Source: Salinivirgaceae bacterium (GTDB lineage: Bacteria > Bacteroidota > Bacteroidia > Bacteroidales > SZUA-534). From it: DNA of 64,000 nt. Shown here one piece after another: positions 63,851 through 64,000 of the stretch (the stretch's first letter is position 1; every line of letters starts with the position of its first letter). The position numbers and the translations under genes were made by a program. Location: assembly GCA_017527435.1 (NCBI GenBank), contig JAFXQB010000006.1:106982-170981 (forward strand), read 5' to 3'. Below the pieces are notes generated by a model. The model ran no database searches. It worked only from the letters and a program-made list of their open reading frames with translations, and was not told the DNA's origin.

Positions 63851-64000
63851 ATGAAAGAAACAATAACAGGTGCAGAGGCGCTGATGCGCTCGCTTGAAAA
63901 TGAAGGGGTTGACGTGATGTTCGGTTATCCGGGCGGCGCCATAATGCCAACTTTCGATGCACTCTACGACCACCGTAAAACGCTGAATCACATATTGGTA
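63851..64000 (+). CDS. ilvB: acetolactate synthase large subunit, 5' portion (runs off the window)
   Basis: MKETITGAEALMRSLENEGVDVMFGYPGGAIMPTFDALY is the typical ThDP-enzyme N-terminus. Confidence 0.85.
   Translation, partial: MKETITGAEALMRSLENEGVDVMFGYPGGAIMPTFDALYDHRKTLNHILV

Noticed and set aside
1-64000. A window-wide look for tRNA, rRNA, CRISPR arrays, transposases, integrases, reverse transcriptases or long terminal inverted repeats.
   Set aside because: I saw no cloverleaf-like conserved arms (such as GGTTCGAATCC-type T-arms) in the intergenic regions. I saw no regularly spaced direct repeats with unique spacers and no recombinase-like ORF. This was an eye-scan only, so short or degenerate elements could have been missed.

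Overview
This is a 64-kb chromosomal segment, most likely from a Bacteroidota (Bacteroidales-like) genome. The evidence for that assignment is a type IX secretion (T9SS) C-terminal sorting domain on a giant ORF, twelve perfect TAnnTTTG '-7' promoter boxes placed 5-67 nt upstream of start codons, and typical Bacteroidales gene content. I call about 50 protein-coding genes. Most are housekeeping: psd, ferredoxin, ilvE, prmA, proB, radA, panD, fabH-plsX-rpmF-yceD, lspA, dgt, PiT/DUF47, polA, pyrH, frr, ilvD, ilvB. I found no rRNA, tRNA, CRISPR array, transposase or integrase. Two small genes are absent from the ORF track: a 56-aa 2x[4Fe-4S] ferredoxin (545-715) and a 19-aa Val-rich leader peptide with an attenuator upstream of ilvD (61722-61848). 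The regions most worth a second look are: (1) a translationally coupled operon next to comEC, made of a beta-barrel protein, an HExxH membrane protein, and a 691-aa secreted protein that fuses ComEA-like helix-hairpin-helix motifs to a probable outer-membrane barrel; (2) a lipid tailoring/export gene set (trifunctional MMPL transporter-acyltransferase-methyltransferase, GT2-DUF2062, LolA-like carrier, small secreted protein, CrtI-like oxidoreductase) that has no ketosynthase/ACP core in the window and is interrupted by a VapC-type toxin-antitoxin cassette and by (3) a 10.8-kb, lower-GC, self-contained gene for a 3598-aa T9SS cargo protein built from ~870-910-aa super-repeats; (4) a 1560-aa secreted protein of unknown function with a polyacidic tail; (5) a ~1-kb AT-rich islet and several unexplained intergenic repeats and palindromes. 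All functional calls come from motif recognition by eye. No database search was run.
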